NCBI RefSeq assembly: GCF_018350175.1
Contig: NC_058368.1
Span: forward strand, 231,448,001-231,512,000
Direction of reading: 5' to 3'
Length of the DNA: 64,000 nt
From: Felis catus
Taxonomy: Eukaryota
Every line of letters begins with the position of its first letter. Position 1 is the stretch's first letter. Positions 1-13,075 of this stretch are shown one piece after another. The translations under genes were made by a program, and so were the position numbers. The notes beneath the pieces were generated by a model. It had not been told where the DNA came from, searched no databases, and worked only from the letters and a program-made list of their open reading frames with translations.

Positions 1-764
1 CCATCAGGAACTGATATAGGAAGTATCGGTGATATGCCCATTTCAGCACTAGTTAGTGTTTCGGCAGCCTTCCCTCGTGACTGGAATACCAACTGGCCTT
101 CCAAAACATTGCTCGTTTGCTGGAAAATCTTCCCTGGGAAACTATGTAGTTTTGGATATGTGACTAAATGTTTGCCAGCTATATTTGGGGGTACCAAGGA
201 GCCCATGCTACCTTCTCTGGAAACTTCCCTCCCCAGAAGATGTACCTAGGTAGCTTTTCTTCTCCTCTTCTAGTGACCCTCTATCACTGGACATCTCTGA
301 TTGGGCCAACCCCATTGGCTGATGAGTGACCCATCAGATTTTCTTTCTCATAATTATAACAAGATGAGCTGTGATTGGGCTGTGAGTCCAGGGAACCTGC
401 TAGGTGGATCCATCGTATTGATTCTCAACACCACATTCCAGAAAGCCAGAGTGCTTCTGTGAGAGTGAGTCCCCTGTCAGTCCCATTCCTGGGACACATG
501 TCCTGGCAGGGGAGCCTGGTGGCCTGACCACCAAAATGTTGGTCAGGCTTTGATGGCTTACTCTTGCTATATGAAGCAGCACCCAGATGATGCCATGGAG
601 TTGCATCCCCCTCTTCCCTGGAGTTGGGGGTGAGGGAAGTGCATAGAGCAAAGACACAGAACCAGATGTGGCTCTTTGCAGATGGCGTCAAGTCCGAGGG
701 GAAGGAACTTAGTACCGGGTTCTGCCATCTGTTATCTGGAACATGACTGAAGGCAAATGCTATA

Positions 765-1138
765 TGTCTTGGTTAGCTCATGCTACTATGACCAAATGTC
801 ATAGACTGGGGGCTTAAAGAACAGAAATTTATTTCTCACAGTTCTGGAGCCCGGAAACTATGAGGTCAGGGTGCCAGTGTGGTCGGGTTCTGGTGAGAAC
901 TCTCTTCCAGGCTTGTAGATGGCTGCTTGCTTGCTGTATTTTCACATGGAAAGATAAGGAGTCTATCTCTTCCTCTCCTTATAAAAGGGTACTAATCCCC
1001 ATCATGGGGCTCTACCTACATAATCTCATCCAAACCTAATCACCTTCTGAAGCCCCCACTTCCAAAACCACCATTGGGGGTTAGAACGTCAACATGAATT
1101 TGGGGCAGGGGGTGGTACGCAAACCTCCATTCATGGAC
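765..1138 (-). mobile_element. MLT1A-like solo LTR (ERVL-MaLR)
   Basis: Typical antisense MLT1 motifs: cagaaatttatttctcacagttctggag, cttgtagatggctg, acctaatcacctt, ggggttagaacgtcaacatgaatttgggg. Confidence 0.85.
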
Positions 1139-1594
1139 CGTGCAAAAGGTTTTAACTGATTTCCCCTTGCTGGGTGACCCAGAGGAATATTTCGGCATGG
1201 CTTACATCCAGTTTCTGCAGCTAAGCATGCTGGATTTTAAGGTTGGTGGCCTTGGGCCTGTTCATGCTCTCCATGAGAGCTTCCAAGTAACAGTACTGAA
1301 GGTCATGTGGGGAGGGGCTTGAGGCAACCAGGCACCATGCCGTGCCGAGGAAGAGAATGCTTGTCTGCGTCAGGAGCTGGAGGAGCAGGCGTGGAGGGGA
1401 AGAAGAAGGAAGAGAGGGAGGAAACACTCACTGTTCCGTCATTTTCCATTCCAAGCTGTGGTTCCTGAAAAACCTCCCTGAACCTTTTATCCATAAACAC
1501 CCTTGAATGAGATAGTTTAGTTGAGTGTCTAACCCTCAATGGAAAGAAGGGGGGTAGTGAGCATCTTCATTCTTGCAACCAGAGTCGTCACTCC

Positions 1595-2480
1595 TCCAAC
1601 AAATATTTCCTGACGCCTCACTGGATAGGGTCTTCTGCTTCCCCCTGGGGATAAAATGGTAAGAGAGACACGGCCCTTGCCATAGGCGGACCTACTGGAG
1701 TCTCATGGGAAATGCACATAAGCAAACAGGGTGCAGGAGAAGTATGGATAGGAGGGATGCAATCTTGCTTGGTGTGGCAAGATTTTTTAACACAATACCC
1801 GGGATGCGTTGTCTCGCTGCTCCGAAGAATAAAGAGGTGGACACAGAGTGAGCGGCGGACAAAGTTTATTATACTATAAGATAAGAAAGCAAGAATAGTA
1901 GGAAAGCTCTCTTTACAGAGAGGGGACATTTGAAAGTGAATGCCCAAGGATTATAGGCAAGGGTCCTTGTTTTATAAGGTACTGGTCGCCCCATACTTTC
2001 CTTTCTGCTTGTTCCTTCTCAGGTTCTACCCTTCTTGGCTGGACAACTCTAGGTGCTGGGTTGTCCACTCCTGGTTGGCTCATTTCCATTGTATGAGGGG
2101 TGGTCTATGGCCAGATCATTTCTTGTGGCTCATACGTTTTATGGTCTGCTTATTTTTAGTCACGTCTTTTGTCAAATTCCTGAGGGAAACCTGAGGGGGC
2201 TAGGTGGTGTCTGTTATATTTTAAGAGGCACCTTACCCCTGAGGGGGTTTGCTGTGGTCAGATACTCCCAGCATTGTTCCAAAATACGTGTTTTTCCCCA
2301 CCCAGGGACCTCAGGTCCTCTCCTGTCCCTCTCTGCCTATTTTATCCTGTCTTTTCCTATTATATTGGCAGAGGTGGTTAAGCTTTCAGTGGGGATGCTG
2401 GGGATGAGTTGAAGTATGCTAGCTGGAATCAGGTTCAAGGGTAAGAGGGTGGATGCTCTAAGCAGAAGGGCAGCGTTACA
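1595..2480 (-). mobile_element. L2 3' fragment, split by the LTR at 1773-2364
   Basis: caacaaatattt... resembles an antisense L2 3' end; the purine-rich L2-like text resumes after the LTR (cagaggtggttaagctttcagtgggga). Confidence 0.5.
1773..2364 (-). mobile_element. Solo ERV LTR (ERV1-like, probably carnivore-specific)
   Basis: Begins TG at 1773 and ends TA (a degraded CA) at 2364; 4-bp repeat TTGG at 1769-1772 and 2365-2368; antisense polyA signal (aagtttatt ~1863) and antisense TATA-like tttata ~1971. Confidence 0.7.
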
Positions 2481-3562
2481 GACACAAGGCCATTTTGGGC
2501 TCTGTGGTTAACAGTCCTTATTGCAGAAACGTCTTGCTCTGTTACCTGCAAGGGTCAGTATTCATCCTGATGCTTGGAGCTGTGGACATCTCACTTATCC
2601 TTAATGTTATGAACCATTCTTAATTAAATAGGTTCTTCAGATGATGCCTGATGGCCATACTAACTAGGAACTGAACCAAAAAAAAACATTAGCAGTGAAT
2701 CACTAATGATTTCTTTCTGAAAGGCTGGGTTTTAGAGGGATACAGTAAAGAACACAAATTAAGGCTATTTTCCCATGTTAAAATGTCAGTCTACCAATTA
2801 GGGGCATATTCCTTTGGCCTGTGTGTACTGGAAATGCGTGCTAAATATTGTCACATGATTATGGTCCATTAGTGTTTGATTGATCAGGTTTTCTTTGTTA
2901 ATATATATATTTCCCCCCACCAAGTTCTGTTCTGTGGCTCATGAAAAAAAAAAGATACTAGGATTCCTTCTGAGGGAAGATTTTCCTTGTTTTAGTCTCA
3001 GCCAGTCAAGGACTTTTGTCACTGGTCCCATTCAGATGTGGTGACAATTATGAACCACAGAATTGCTGAGGCTAGTCCCTGGCCAAGGCCCACTATGGAA
3101 TGTTCTGGAACAGGGCCCAGAATCCAATTCTCCGTGCTCTCTCCTTGGTCATCGCTGTTTTTTTTTATTATCTTGTTGATTTCCTAATTAACAGAAAAGA
3201 CCTGATTTTTTTTTCACAAAACCATTTTTTTTTTTTAAAAAACAGAATATATTATGAGAAGTAGGATGTGCTGATTGAGATGATGATTGACTGAAGTGTT
3301 TTGCTTTTCTTAAAAAGCATTGACTTTTAGAACTAGAAGGACCCCTCAAGGTGACCACTCTCACGCCACTGACAGTGACTCATGCCGAACCTTTCTTCTG
3401 TGGGGACCTGTGTGATATGAGCACATCTGTAACAGGTCCAAGTTTTCAGTTTTTTCAAGTGTGAAATTTGGGGATTAGACTTGATTACATAAGAGATTTC
3501 TAAATCTTTTGTTTCCAAACTTCTATTTTTCTTCTTCTTTTTTTAAAAATTTGAATATCGTT

Positions 3563-3782
3563 GGAGCACCTGGGTGGCTCGGTCGGTTAAGCATCCAACT
3601 TGGGCTCAGGTCACGATCTCATGGTTCGTGGATTTGAGCTCCATGTCGGGCTCTGTGCTGACAGCTCAGAGCCTGGAGCCTGCTTCAGATTCTGTGTCTC
3701 CCTGTGTCTCTCTACCCCTCCCCTAATCGTACTCTGTTGCTCTTTCTCTCAAAAATAAACAAACACTAAAAAAAATTTTTTT
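3563..3782 (+). mobile_element. Can-SINE
   Basis: Head ggagcacctgggtggctcggtcggttaagc, CT-rich tract and A tail; TSD aatttgaatatcgtt (3548-3562) / aatttgaatgtagtt (3783-3797). Confidence 0.95.
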
Positions 3783-4365
3783 AATTTGAATGTAGTTGAC
3801 ACACAATATTGCGTTAGTTTCAGGGGTACAACGTAATGATTCAGCGTCTATGTTGTTCTGTGCTCGCCCTGAGTATAGCCACCATCTGTCACTATGCGAC
3901 ACTATGCAATACCATTAACAATATTTGCTGTGCTGTACCTTTTATTCCCATGACTTTTTCGTTCTGTTCCTAGAAGCCTGTATCTCCCAGTCCCTGTTAC
4001 CCATTTTGCCCATCCTTCAACCCCCCTCCCCTTTGGCAACCACCAGTTTATTCTCTGTACTTACAGGTCCAATTATGCTTTTTGTTTGTTTATTTATTCA
4101 TTTGTGTTGTTTCTTAGATTCCACATGTGAGTGAAATCATATGGTGTTTGTTTTTCTCTGACTTAATTTCACTCAGCATAATACACCCTAGCTCCATCCA
4201 CGTCATTGCAAATGGCAAGACCCTGTCCTTTTTTATGGCTGAGTAATATTCCATTGTCTATATTTACCACATCTTCTCTCTCCATTCATCTATTGATGGA
4301 CACTTGACCTCCTTCCAGGGGTGCATAAAGCTTTTTGAATTAGTGTTTTTGTTGTCTTTGGGTCA
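3783..4365 (-). mobile_element. L1 3' end fragment (L1MA9/L1_Carn-like); its T-rich tail lies at ~3526-3562, left of the SINE
   Basis: ttagtttcaggggtacaac, gattccacatgtgagtgaaatcatatgg, atttcactcagcataata, ttgcaaatggcaaga, cattcatctattgatggacact. Confidence 0.9.
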
Positions 4366-6104
4366 CAGTCTTTTATGATTCCTTAAAATGTGGGAGAGAG
4401 AGAGGCTGGGGCACTTGCCTCAGACTCACACAGCTGCTGCAACGCAGGGCCCCAAGCTCAGAATTAGAAGTGCGGTGCTCTTTCAACTTTCTAGAGTGTT
4501 AACTAGTTTAAGCATAAGAGTAAACTCCTATCTAAGGCGTTATTTTCATTGTTATTCAAAACACAACTCAAATCAATATTTGTCAGATACAAAGGGCAAC
4601 ATGAGAAAAATGATTTTCTAAAAGGTCCCTGGACGAAGGCTATATTTAGAATATGCCTGGGCTCCATTTGCCATGATGACATCTTTCTCTCTTTTTATGG
4701 TGACCTTCATATTTATAATAGATGTGTTTTCAATATTTTAATTTTAGTTAGCAGTACGACAATATAAATTAACCCATCTGTTCCTGAACAAGGTGCTGAG
4801 ATTTCATCACTGGGGAGAAAGCTCACCCAAAGTGTTTGGGGGGCACCTGAGAGAAACAAGCTGGTGGACGGGGGTGGGAGGAGATTGGGGATTGCCGGCT
4901 GAGCAGGAGCTATGTGTTTTTGTGGGGGGGTGGGTAACTGGGAGCATAATTGAGGATATGAGTCCTGGTCCAGAAAAGTTGGAATTCTCTATAGAGAAAG
5001 CTATAATAATTTGGAATGTGTGAATGTGTATGGGAGGAGCACGGATTTCAGTTTTATTTAAGGGGGTACTCAGAGCACAGACTCAAAGCGCAACTAATAT
5101 TTCGGGGTTGGTGTTCGACCTGGGCTTAGGGACCCTTGTTCAGACCCGCTTCCAGCCACGCCCCTCTCACCAGGTGAAGTCTGTGGACAAAAAGGCAGCG
5201 GCCCTCATTAACCCCTACCCTACTTTCTGCCCTCATACTGGATATCTGAGGCCTTGGGTTTCCCAGTCCAAAAGCCCGGATCCTGTTTTCCAGGTCTAGG
5301 CTGGTGTCTTCCTCAGGGTTGTCCCAATGGAGAATGGCCCATTGCACTGTACACATGACTTCAGGCCCCGAGGGTGGCCGAGGGTTGACTGGTTATAGCA
5401 CGAAGAGGTAGTTGGATCTTGCATGGGAGGAGACGAATGTCCACACTCATACGCATGAGCAACTTTGAGAAATTAAAGACATTTTAAACTTGAACTTGGC
5501 CTTCCAGGCCATAGAATGGAGAATAACTTGAGAGTTTGTTGTCTCGATGAATAATGTGTACATGTTTAGATGTAAAGCTCCTGGGGCCCCACTCCACTCT
5601 TGTCTTGCTCCCTGCGAATGATGCAGGGTTTGTGGGGCAGGGAGGACTGAGACTCAAACTATTTAAAGGGATAAAGGATCTTCAGATGGTCTCTTGCACT
5701 TTTTAAATGCCTGTTTGTGTGTAAATAGTCGATGTGTTCATCACGTGTGTTATCAGCTAGTCACTAACGGATTCTTAAAGACCTCCCTGTCAATGCGTGT
5801 TTTGTCAGCGTATATTGTTTCTGTCCAGACTTCAAAGCCAGACAGCCCAGATGTGCCTGGACCCCCCCGGGCAGCCTCGGTCTCATCCTGCCCCATTGGC
5901 AGTATGTTGCAGAAATTCGCACTGGATGCAGGAGGCTGGCTCTTCTGTCAGCTCCCTGCTCCCCTTTCCCCCCTGAATTCCAGCTGCCCTACCATGTCTG
6001 CTTCCTGGGAATTTTCCTAAAATTCTGCGGTAGGAGAAGGGAGATAAATATAACAGCTGGCCCTGGCAATGGGCCAGGACTTGTTCCAAATACCTAATGT
6101 ATTT

Positions 6105-6285
6105 AGGGACGTGCTACAGAATCTGTGAGTTCCAGATCAAATGAAAATACTGGGCCCCGTGCGTGCAAGAATGATTAGGAATTTCAAGACAACGAAACAC
6201 TAAACCAGATCAGGTGGTGGGGGGTGCTTTTAAGCATGGAGGGGGTGGAGGGACATGGTGTGATCACACAGGCTGCGTATTAACT
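6105..6285 (-). mobile_element. MER45A-like hAT-Tip100 DNA transposon
   Basis: aaatgaaaatactgggcccc...ggaatttcaagac...cacacaggctgc resembles recalled MER45A. Confidence 0.6.
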
Positions 6286-6536
6286 CTTAAATGCTCGTGT
6301 TCCCATTTCGCCGAGGGGTATGCTGAGGTACATAAGGGTAAGTCTCATCAGTCTAATAAGGTCACAGGATGAAAACAGCACCGAGGAGATTGGAACACAG
6401 GGGTACTCGGTTCCAGTGTGCGCCCTCACGGCCTTTCTAGGGAAGAGGCCTCCCTCCGAACGTTCTCTTTCCGTGTTGCCAACCGCCCTTACCCGTAGCC
6501 CCTAAAAATCATACCTTCATTAAGAAAACAAATCCC

Positions 6537-6767
6537 GGGGCGCCTGGGTGGCGCAGTCGGTTAAGCGTCCGACTTCAGCCAGGTCACGATCTCGCGGTCC
6601 GTGAGTTCGAGCCCCGCGTCGGGCTCTGGGCTGATGGCTCAGAGCCTGGAGCCTGCTTCCGATTCTGTGCCTCCCTCTCTCTCTGCCCCTCCCCCGTTCA
6701 TGCTCTGTCTCTCTCTGTCTCAAAAATAAATAAAAAAACGTTAAAAAAAAATTAAAAAAAAAAAACA
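6537..6767 (+). mobile_element. Very young felid Can-SINE
   Basis: CpG-intact body and long A tail; perfect 15-bp TSD aagaaaacaaatccc at 6522-6536 and 6768-6782. Confidence 0.97.
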
Positions 6768-9700
6768 AAGAAAACAAATCCCAACAACCATGACTAAACT
6801 GACCACCGCCCCAGTAACTTATTGGCAATCTACTCTGTTGTAATTTAAACACAGTCTCTGGGGAGTCTCCTCCCACCACATACGCACACACACACCAAGA
6901 AGCTTAACAAGGTTTTAAGCCAACAAAAATCAATCTTGTCTGTCCTGGGAGAGATTTTACTGCTATGAAAATCAGATTTTCTCCCTATTGTTATAGTAAC
7001 AAAATTACATTTCCTTTAAAACACTCCACTTAGTTTTGCCCATTTATTCGCTTTATAGTTCTCTTCTTCCCTTAGTTCATTTTCTTCCACGAAATCTGTG
7101 AGTTTTTATTCTAGATTGTTCCAGATTCCAAGCAGTCGAGATAAGGAAAAGTCTATTTTAATCTACTCGGGTTCAGTTGATGTTTCAATACAGCGAACGT
7201 ACAATGAGAGGGTCACTGTGCAGGAATGCCTTTTGCTTGTTTCGTGAAAATGTACTTCCTTTCCAACAAGTTTTGCCAAGAAGTTAATCTTCATGTCAAG
7301 AAGTGCTGTTGGGTGAATGAAAAAAAAAATGTGACGGTCTGTCCTCTGGGAGAGCACTTCAGCAACACTCTTCCCCAATACTTGAAGCCAAGCCAGATTG
7401 TTATTAGAACAAACAATTGATTAATTTTGCAGCATTCGTGACAGAAAACTGGTATGTTAGATGTCTTCTTTCTAATGAAGTTGGAGTGCTGGGTGAGTGA
7501 CTCATTAGAATGGTGACCGGATTACTTGAGGTTCCTTTTCCAGGACAAATGACAGGGTGTCTCTTATATCTCCAGACTTTCCTCCCAGATCTCCCGTTTC
7601 TTATGCTAAAAATTTAGCTTGCAAGTTGGGGGAATAGAAGAAGAAGGAAGGATAGAAGGAGAAAGGAAGTATCCTTGGAAAAGTGTAAAATGAATTAAGT
7701 AGATCTGATTAGTGAAAGAAGACAGCTACATTTCAAGAAGATGTTAAATGTTCTGTACAAATCATTTTATGTTGATTAAATAGTACGCTGTAATTTCTTT
7801 TCTAAATTGAATGGGCTACAGTGAAAAATAGTATCTGGCCCACCCCACACAATAACTTCCCTCTGAAGACCTTTACTGCGAACTGAGAATTTTAAATTAG
7901 ATGAAGAAATAACAATGCATGATGTTGCCTAGCAACCACTATATGTCTGTTAGTAACAGGGAATCCAAATGGGTAAGTTTGGGGCCACTTTCAGAAACAA
8001 ATAAACTAATTATCTGGGGCATAATTAAAAGAATGTCCCAAAGGTGAACCCCTGCCAGTATCATTTTATTCATATATTTGTGCCGAGGAGAGAGATTCTC
8101 ATGATAATAATTATGAAGGTTCACGATTGTGGCTTGAATCAGTTGTGGCTCTTGAATCAGTTATACTCTGGGTGTCTAGGAGAAGGGGCTTTGCTTTGGG
8201 AGGGTCATGATGGTGACTGGACGTCAGGACGGGATGGGGTCCCAGCTGCAGGTGGTCAGTTGCATCTTCACAGTTGTCTGGTGTTTTTTGTGGATATACG
8301 TTCCCTTTCGAGAGCATAGGTGGGTGAAGGCTGTAGCTTCTGCCCTCCGTAACCTCATCCCCAAGTGTCCACGGTGAAATCGAGTCTTATAATGAATTCA
8401 GCCACCAAATAAGTTTTGCTTAGCAAGGGGCACAAAACCTGTCCTCGGAAGCTCAGAGAAGGCTCAGCCGTCTGTCCTGAGGCTCTCTGAAGGTCAGACC
8501 ACACAATAGAATCCTTAGCAATTGCAAGGAGTGCAATACTTACTGGGCTTGTGGGCGTGTGCTAGATAGCCAATCAGACTCTCATACCCTGCTCACGCCT
8601 GAGCAGTGGTGCTGGAAAATATTTCCAGCCAATTCAGCGATTCGAACCACTCATTTCACCAACAAAAAATAGTTATTTCTAACCACACCCCCTGATAGAA
8701 TCTGAGTGCGGTAGTTGAAGGCTGTGCAATGTGGGCTTTTGAAAAAGGTCTTTCAGGTATTAAGAGGCTGCCCCTGGAGGGTAGATTTCTGATTGGGGTC
8801 TTTAAAATGTTGGTGAGCCACTCCCAGGTTGTAGATTAAAACCGCTTTTCACACGCTTGGCTATTTTACCAAATCTGGGATGCCATCACTAATGTCAAAC
8901 GCCAGTATTTTATGTATTGCTAAAAAAGAAAAAAATGCTGCCAGTGAAATTGATAACAATGCTTCTTCTCACTTGAAAATTTTATATTATACTTATCGAA
9001 AGAGGCTTTTTGGATTAGAATTAGATTTTTACCATATGTCCAGCATGTTTATACATTAAGAGGGAAGAATATGGATGAAGAATGGGTTATAGTTTTCCTA
9101 AAAAAACTTCACATCACAAATTTGAGTTTTCTCACTTTTTTGCCTGAACAGGTGTTTTCGGTTTTATTTGATTTTTTGGTTTATTTTTTGTTCGTTTGTT
9201 TGTTTCTGGTTAACCCAATGCTACTCTTTGTGTCATCAAGGACACTGATGCTGTGTCTTTTCTTAAAAATAACAAAAAGCCACGGGGCTGGCTCTTACCT
9301 AGCTCTGTCATCATGCGGCCCCCGGGGGGGTCGATCTAGGTGATGTGGAGTCGGAAGGTTATAAAATTTGGGGAGGGAGGCCACAAAATTGCAAATTGCA
9401 GACAAAATCAGGTTACAATCATGGTTATTTACTTAAAATGGGAAAAGCAAAAAATTTTGAAACATTACAGATTTGTGAAGTCAAATTTTGCTCTCAAAAG
9501 CTGTCAAATACCACAAATATAAAATACAAAAAAAGAACGTAGATACTTCCATTAATTGTGTGACTGCGTCAATCTATGATGCCCTTTTCCCTACCTTTTC
9601 TGGCCGCATACTCTGGTTGCCACATGGCAACAGCCATCAAAGCGACTGATTCTTCCATATAAGGAGCAGTTTGGTCATCACAACACTTGATTTTCTGGAG

Positions 9701-9977
9701 CATTTCATTGCTTTGCTTTGATTTTACACGCTATTTCATTTGCGCCGGCCGGATTGCGTCAGGACGGGACGCCACGGTGTTGCTCAAAAGCCATCTCATG
9801 TACCAGAATGCGTAAGACGTCACCCACAGAATATGTAAGACTTCACCCACCAACAGTTTGAGGTGTTGTTACATGTTTGTCCTCTTAAGACAGAGGGATT
9901 CTAATTGTGTGATTTTTATAAAAGGGCGTGGTTTGTTTCTAGCTGTGAACATTTCATTTGTTTTTAAGGTTAAAAAA

Positions 9978-10150
9978 AATGTAATATTTATTTTTGAGAG
10001 AGACAACACAAGGGAGGAGGGGCAGAGAGAGAGACAGACAGACACAGAATCTGAAGCAGGCTCCAAGCTCCAGGACTTGAACTCATGAACCGCGAGATCA
10101 CGACCTGAGCTGAAGTTGGATGCTCAACCGACTGAGCCACCCAGGCGCCC
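9978..10150 (-). mobile_element. Can-SINE with internal deletion
   Basis: tttatttttgagagaga...gacacagaatctgaagcaggctcc...gactgagccacccaggcgccc. Confidence 0.93.
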
Positions 10151-10151
10151 A

Positions 10152-10258
10152 TAAAGATTTTTATTTTTCAGTAATCTCTACACCCAGTGTGGGGCTCAAA
10201 CTTATAAACCCGAGATCAAGAGTTGCACGCTCTACTGCCTGAGACAGCCAGGCGCCCC
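10152..10258 (-). mobile_element. Short, older Can-SINE lacking the CT tract
   Basis: gtaatctctacacccagtgtggggctcaaac...gagatcaagagt...cagccaggcgcccc. Confidence 0.85.
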
Positions 10259-10414
10259 ACAGTTCATTCTTGAGTTTCTCTACGGAAGAGCACCTCCATT
10301 CGGGTTTGAACTCATGCTAACTGAGCTCTCTGCTTACAGTTTTACACCTTTGAGGACTGGGACAAGTTCGCACTGACTGGCTCCGGCTCTGTGCATTTCC
10401 ACCACTGTCCTCTG

Positions 10415-10800
10415 CTGTGTTAGTCTGTTGCAGCGGACATAACAAAGAACCATAGGACAGGGCAGCTGAGACAACAGAAATTTATGTTCTCACAGTTCTG
10501 GGGGCTGGAAGTCCAAGATCAAGGTGTCAGCAGGTTTGGTTTCTCCTGTGGCCTCTATCCTCGGCGTGTAGACGGCCACCTTCTCGCTGTGACCTCGTGT
10601 GGGCTTTTTGCTGTGTACGGGTATCCTTGGTTTCTCTTTCTCTTCTTATAAATACGCTGGTCTTCTTGGATTAGGGTCCCACTCTTACAACCTCATTTAA
10701 CCTTCACTACCTCCTTAAAGGCCCTTTCTTCAAATACAGTCACCTTGGGGCTTGGGGTTTCAACCTAGGAATTAGGGGGGTAAATGATTCAGTCCCTACA
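10415..10800 (-). mobile_element. MLT1A/B-like solo LTR
   Basis: tgtgttagtc...cagaaatttatgttctcacagttctgg...aagtccaagatcaaggtg...cctcatttaacctt...ttcagtccctaca. Confidence 0.88.
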
Positions 10801-11427
10801 GGGGCCATAGATAATGTTTAGGTTGGAGTATGACCTCTGGACCTACACTTCTGTGTCATGTTGGGTGAGATGACACAGTGCATGGTAGGGAAATCCCGGA
10901 AGCTTTACTCTACTGAGATAACTGGTGATAGCGTGGTTATGCTTGGACGTGATTATGAGCCATGTGATAACCTCATGTGGTAACCTCAGCTACCTATCAA
11001 GCTGTTTCTCCTGTTCGGCTTCCCCTTAACAAGGTCCCCAAGATGCCTGTGGCCACTTCGCCCCTGCCCAACACAAGGAGGAGCTATAGGAGGACAATCA
11101 GAGTAGAAGGTGTTCTCAATCCTCACCAACGCTGGTCGAGTATTTTACCTTTGCAAATTGTACTCAAGCGAATACATTGCTAAGGTGCATGCCAGGGCCT
11201 CGGTAGGGTCTGTGCAAGTGAGGGGTCCTGCAGCTTAAATTTTGTTTTTTTCATGGTAAAGCCATCTCGGAGAACAAACTTTGATGTCAACTATGGAAAA
11301 TTGCAAAAGGCATGTGACTCGCTGTTCTCCAGCCCTTCCCTACAAGTGTTTGGCTCCAAGGGGTGAAAAAGTCGTCTGCTTCATCCACAGGATTTTCTTT
11401 TCAATCGTTAACATTCAACCTGCATGC

Positions 11428-12045
11428 TTTTTTTTTTTTTTCAAACTGAACTTTGTATTTTGAGATAACTGTAGGTTCACATGCAGTTACAGGGGATAGT
11501 ATTGAAAGACCCTGTGCACCGTTTACTCACTTTCCCCCAGTGGTCACATCTTGCAAAACTGCGGTGCGATATCACAACCAGGATACAGACACGGATACAG
11601 TCAAGACAGAAAATTTCCGTTACTAGCAGGGTTCCTCATGTTGCCCTTTCTAGCCACACATGCCTCCTTCTCATACCATTATTCCTTCATCCCTGTAACT
11701 AGTCTCGTCTCCATTTCTAAAGTTCGGTTATTTTGAGACTATTATATAAATGGGTCACTCAGTATGTAGCATTTTTAAAAAAATGTTTATTTATTTGTTT
11801 TGAGAGAGACAGAGAGTGCAAGCAGGGGAGTGGCAGAGAGAGAGCGGGAGAGAGAGAATCCCAAGCAGGCTCCACGCTGTCAGCACAGGGCCTGATATGG
11901 GACTTGATCTCATGAACCATGAGATCATGACCTAAGCCAAAATCCAGTCACACGCTTAACTGATGGGGCCACCTAGGTTTCCCCAGTATGTAACATTTTG
12001 AAATGGGTTTTCCCCCACTTAGCATAACTAGAGATTCATCCAGTG
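11428..12045 (-). mobile_element. Old L1 (L1MB-like) 3' fragment, interrupted by a SINE
   Basis: Poly-T, then ttttgagataactgtaggttcacatgcagtt, tcccccagtggtcacatcttgcaaaac, cacttagcataa...gattcatcca. Confidence 0.8.
11777..11983 (-). mobile_element. Can-SINE
   Basis: SINE body; TSD cagtatgtagcatttt (11760-11775) / cagtatgtaacatttt (11984-11999). Confidence 0.93.
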
Positions 12046-12514
12046 TGTATGCCTTTTCTCCATCGTTCAGAGCCTCTTTATATTTGTTTTCTGTGTAATG
12101 TTCAGGGTTTCTCGTTGTACTTAGTGGACGGAGTCAGGAAAAGTACATCTACTCCCTTCTCGGAAGCAGATGTCCACCCTGCAGGGTTTGATGCTGATAG
12201 TTTTGATGCCTGTTTTTGTGTGGGTGATGGCAGTGACCTAAGACCAGTCGCCTCACCGGGAGCAAAGCTAGAGACAGTAATGTGTGAAGAGATGTGTCTT
12301 AAGATGAAGCGCGGTATGTTATGTAGGCCGTGATGGAGTCTTCCCCTGTAAGTATAGACCATCTAGCAGGTAATCTCTCCATTAGCCATACTTTGTGGCT
12401 CACCAGAATTCTGGTCTCCTCACTTCTCTTTCCCACTCTGAAGATATGAAAACCGTAAGGATATTAAACTTGTCTCCTGGTTAACAAAGCAATTGAGAGG
12501 CTTGGGCAAGTTTG

Positions 12515-12922
12515 TGTTACAGGTTGGGTTTTCCGGGAGCAGCCCCTGGGAAGGGGTTGGTCATTCAGGGCGTTTATTTGGGGGCATCCTGGGCCCTGAC
12601 CTCTGTGGGAGGGAGCTGTAGGAAGAAGGATGGGGCAGGGGCCTGGGCCAGCTCTGATGCAGACCCATAGCAGCTCTGGCCACCCCTGGGCAGAGCTCAG
12701 GTGGCTAGGATGACCTTCAGAGTCGTCCGGAGCCGGTCCCGGCCGGCCAGCCCTTCGTGGCAGAGTCTCCGGGTAGGACCTGTGCAGTCAGCCAGGTCCT
12801 GTGTAGCTCGGGCATCCCTCAAGGGTCTGACCACTGAGGCCGCCTGCCCGCAGCACTCTGAGCAGCTGGGCAACATGTCCTTCATCAAAGGGGGCTCTGG
12901 GCGGGGCCTCACAGTGTGCACT
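12515..12922 (-). mobile_element. Old ERVL solo LTR (LTR16/LTR33-like)
   Basis: aggttgggttttccgggagcag...gtttatttggggg...ggatgaccttcagagtcgtcc resembles the antisense old-ERVL LTR pattern. Confidence 0.6.
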
Positions 12923-13075
12923 GCAGGGTGTCAATAAATATATGTATATCGAAGATACATCCTCAAGATTGTTTTACTATTAAGGGTGCAGAGTCACAAC
13001 TATCCTAGAACTGGTTCATTCTGTGGGAAAATAATGCCAGCATCAAAATGGATAGTGATTTATAAGTTGCGATTT

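Larger units (their letters stand above)
9324..11270 (-). mobile_element. MER69B/Arthur1-like hAT-Tip100 element, interrupted by two SINEs and an MLT1
   Basis: Left end gggggtcgatctagg...gaaggttataaaatttgggg and aaagctgtcaaataccacaaa; right end tgtgcaagtgaggggtcctgcagcttaa...catggtaaagccatctcgg. Both resemble the recalled MER69 termini. Confidence 0.65.

Noticed and set aside
6537..6620. tRNA-like A/B boxes (tggcgcagtcgg; gagttcgagccc)
   Set aside because: This is the tRNA-derived head of a Can-SINE, not a tRNA gene.
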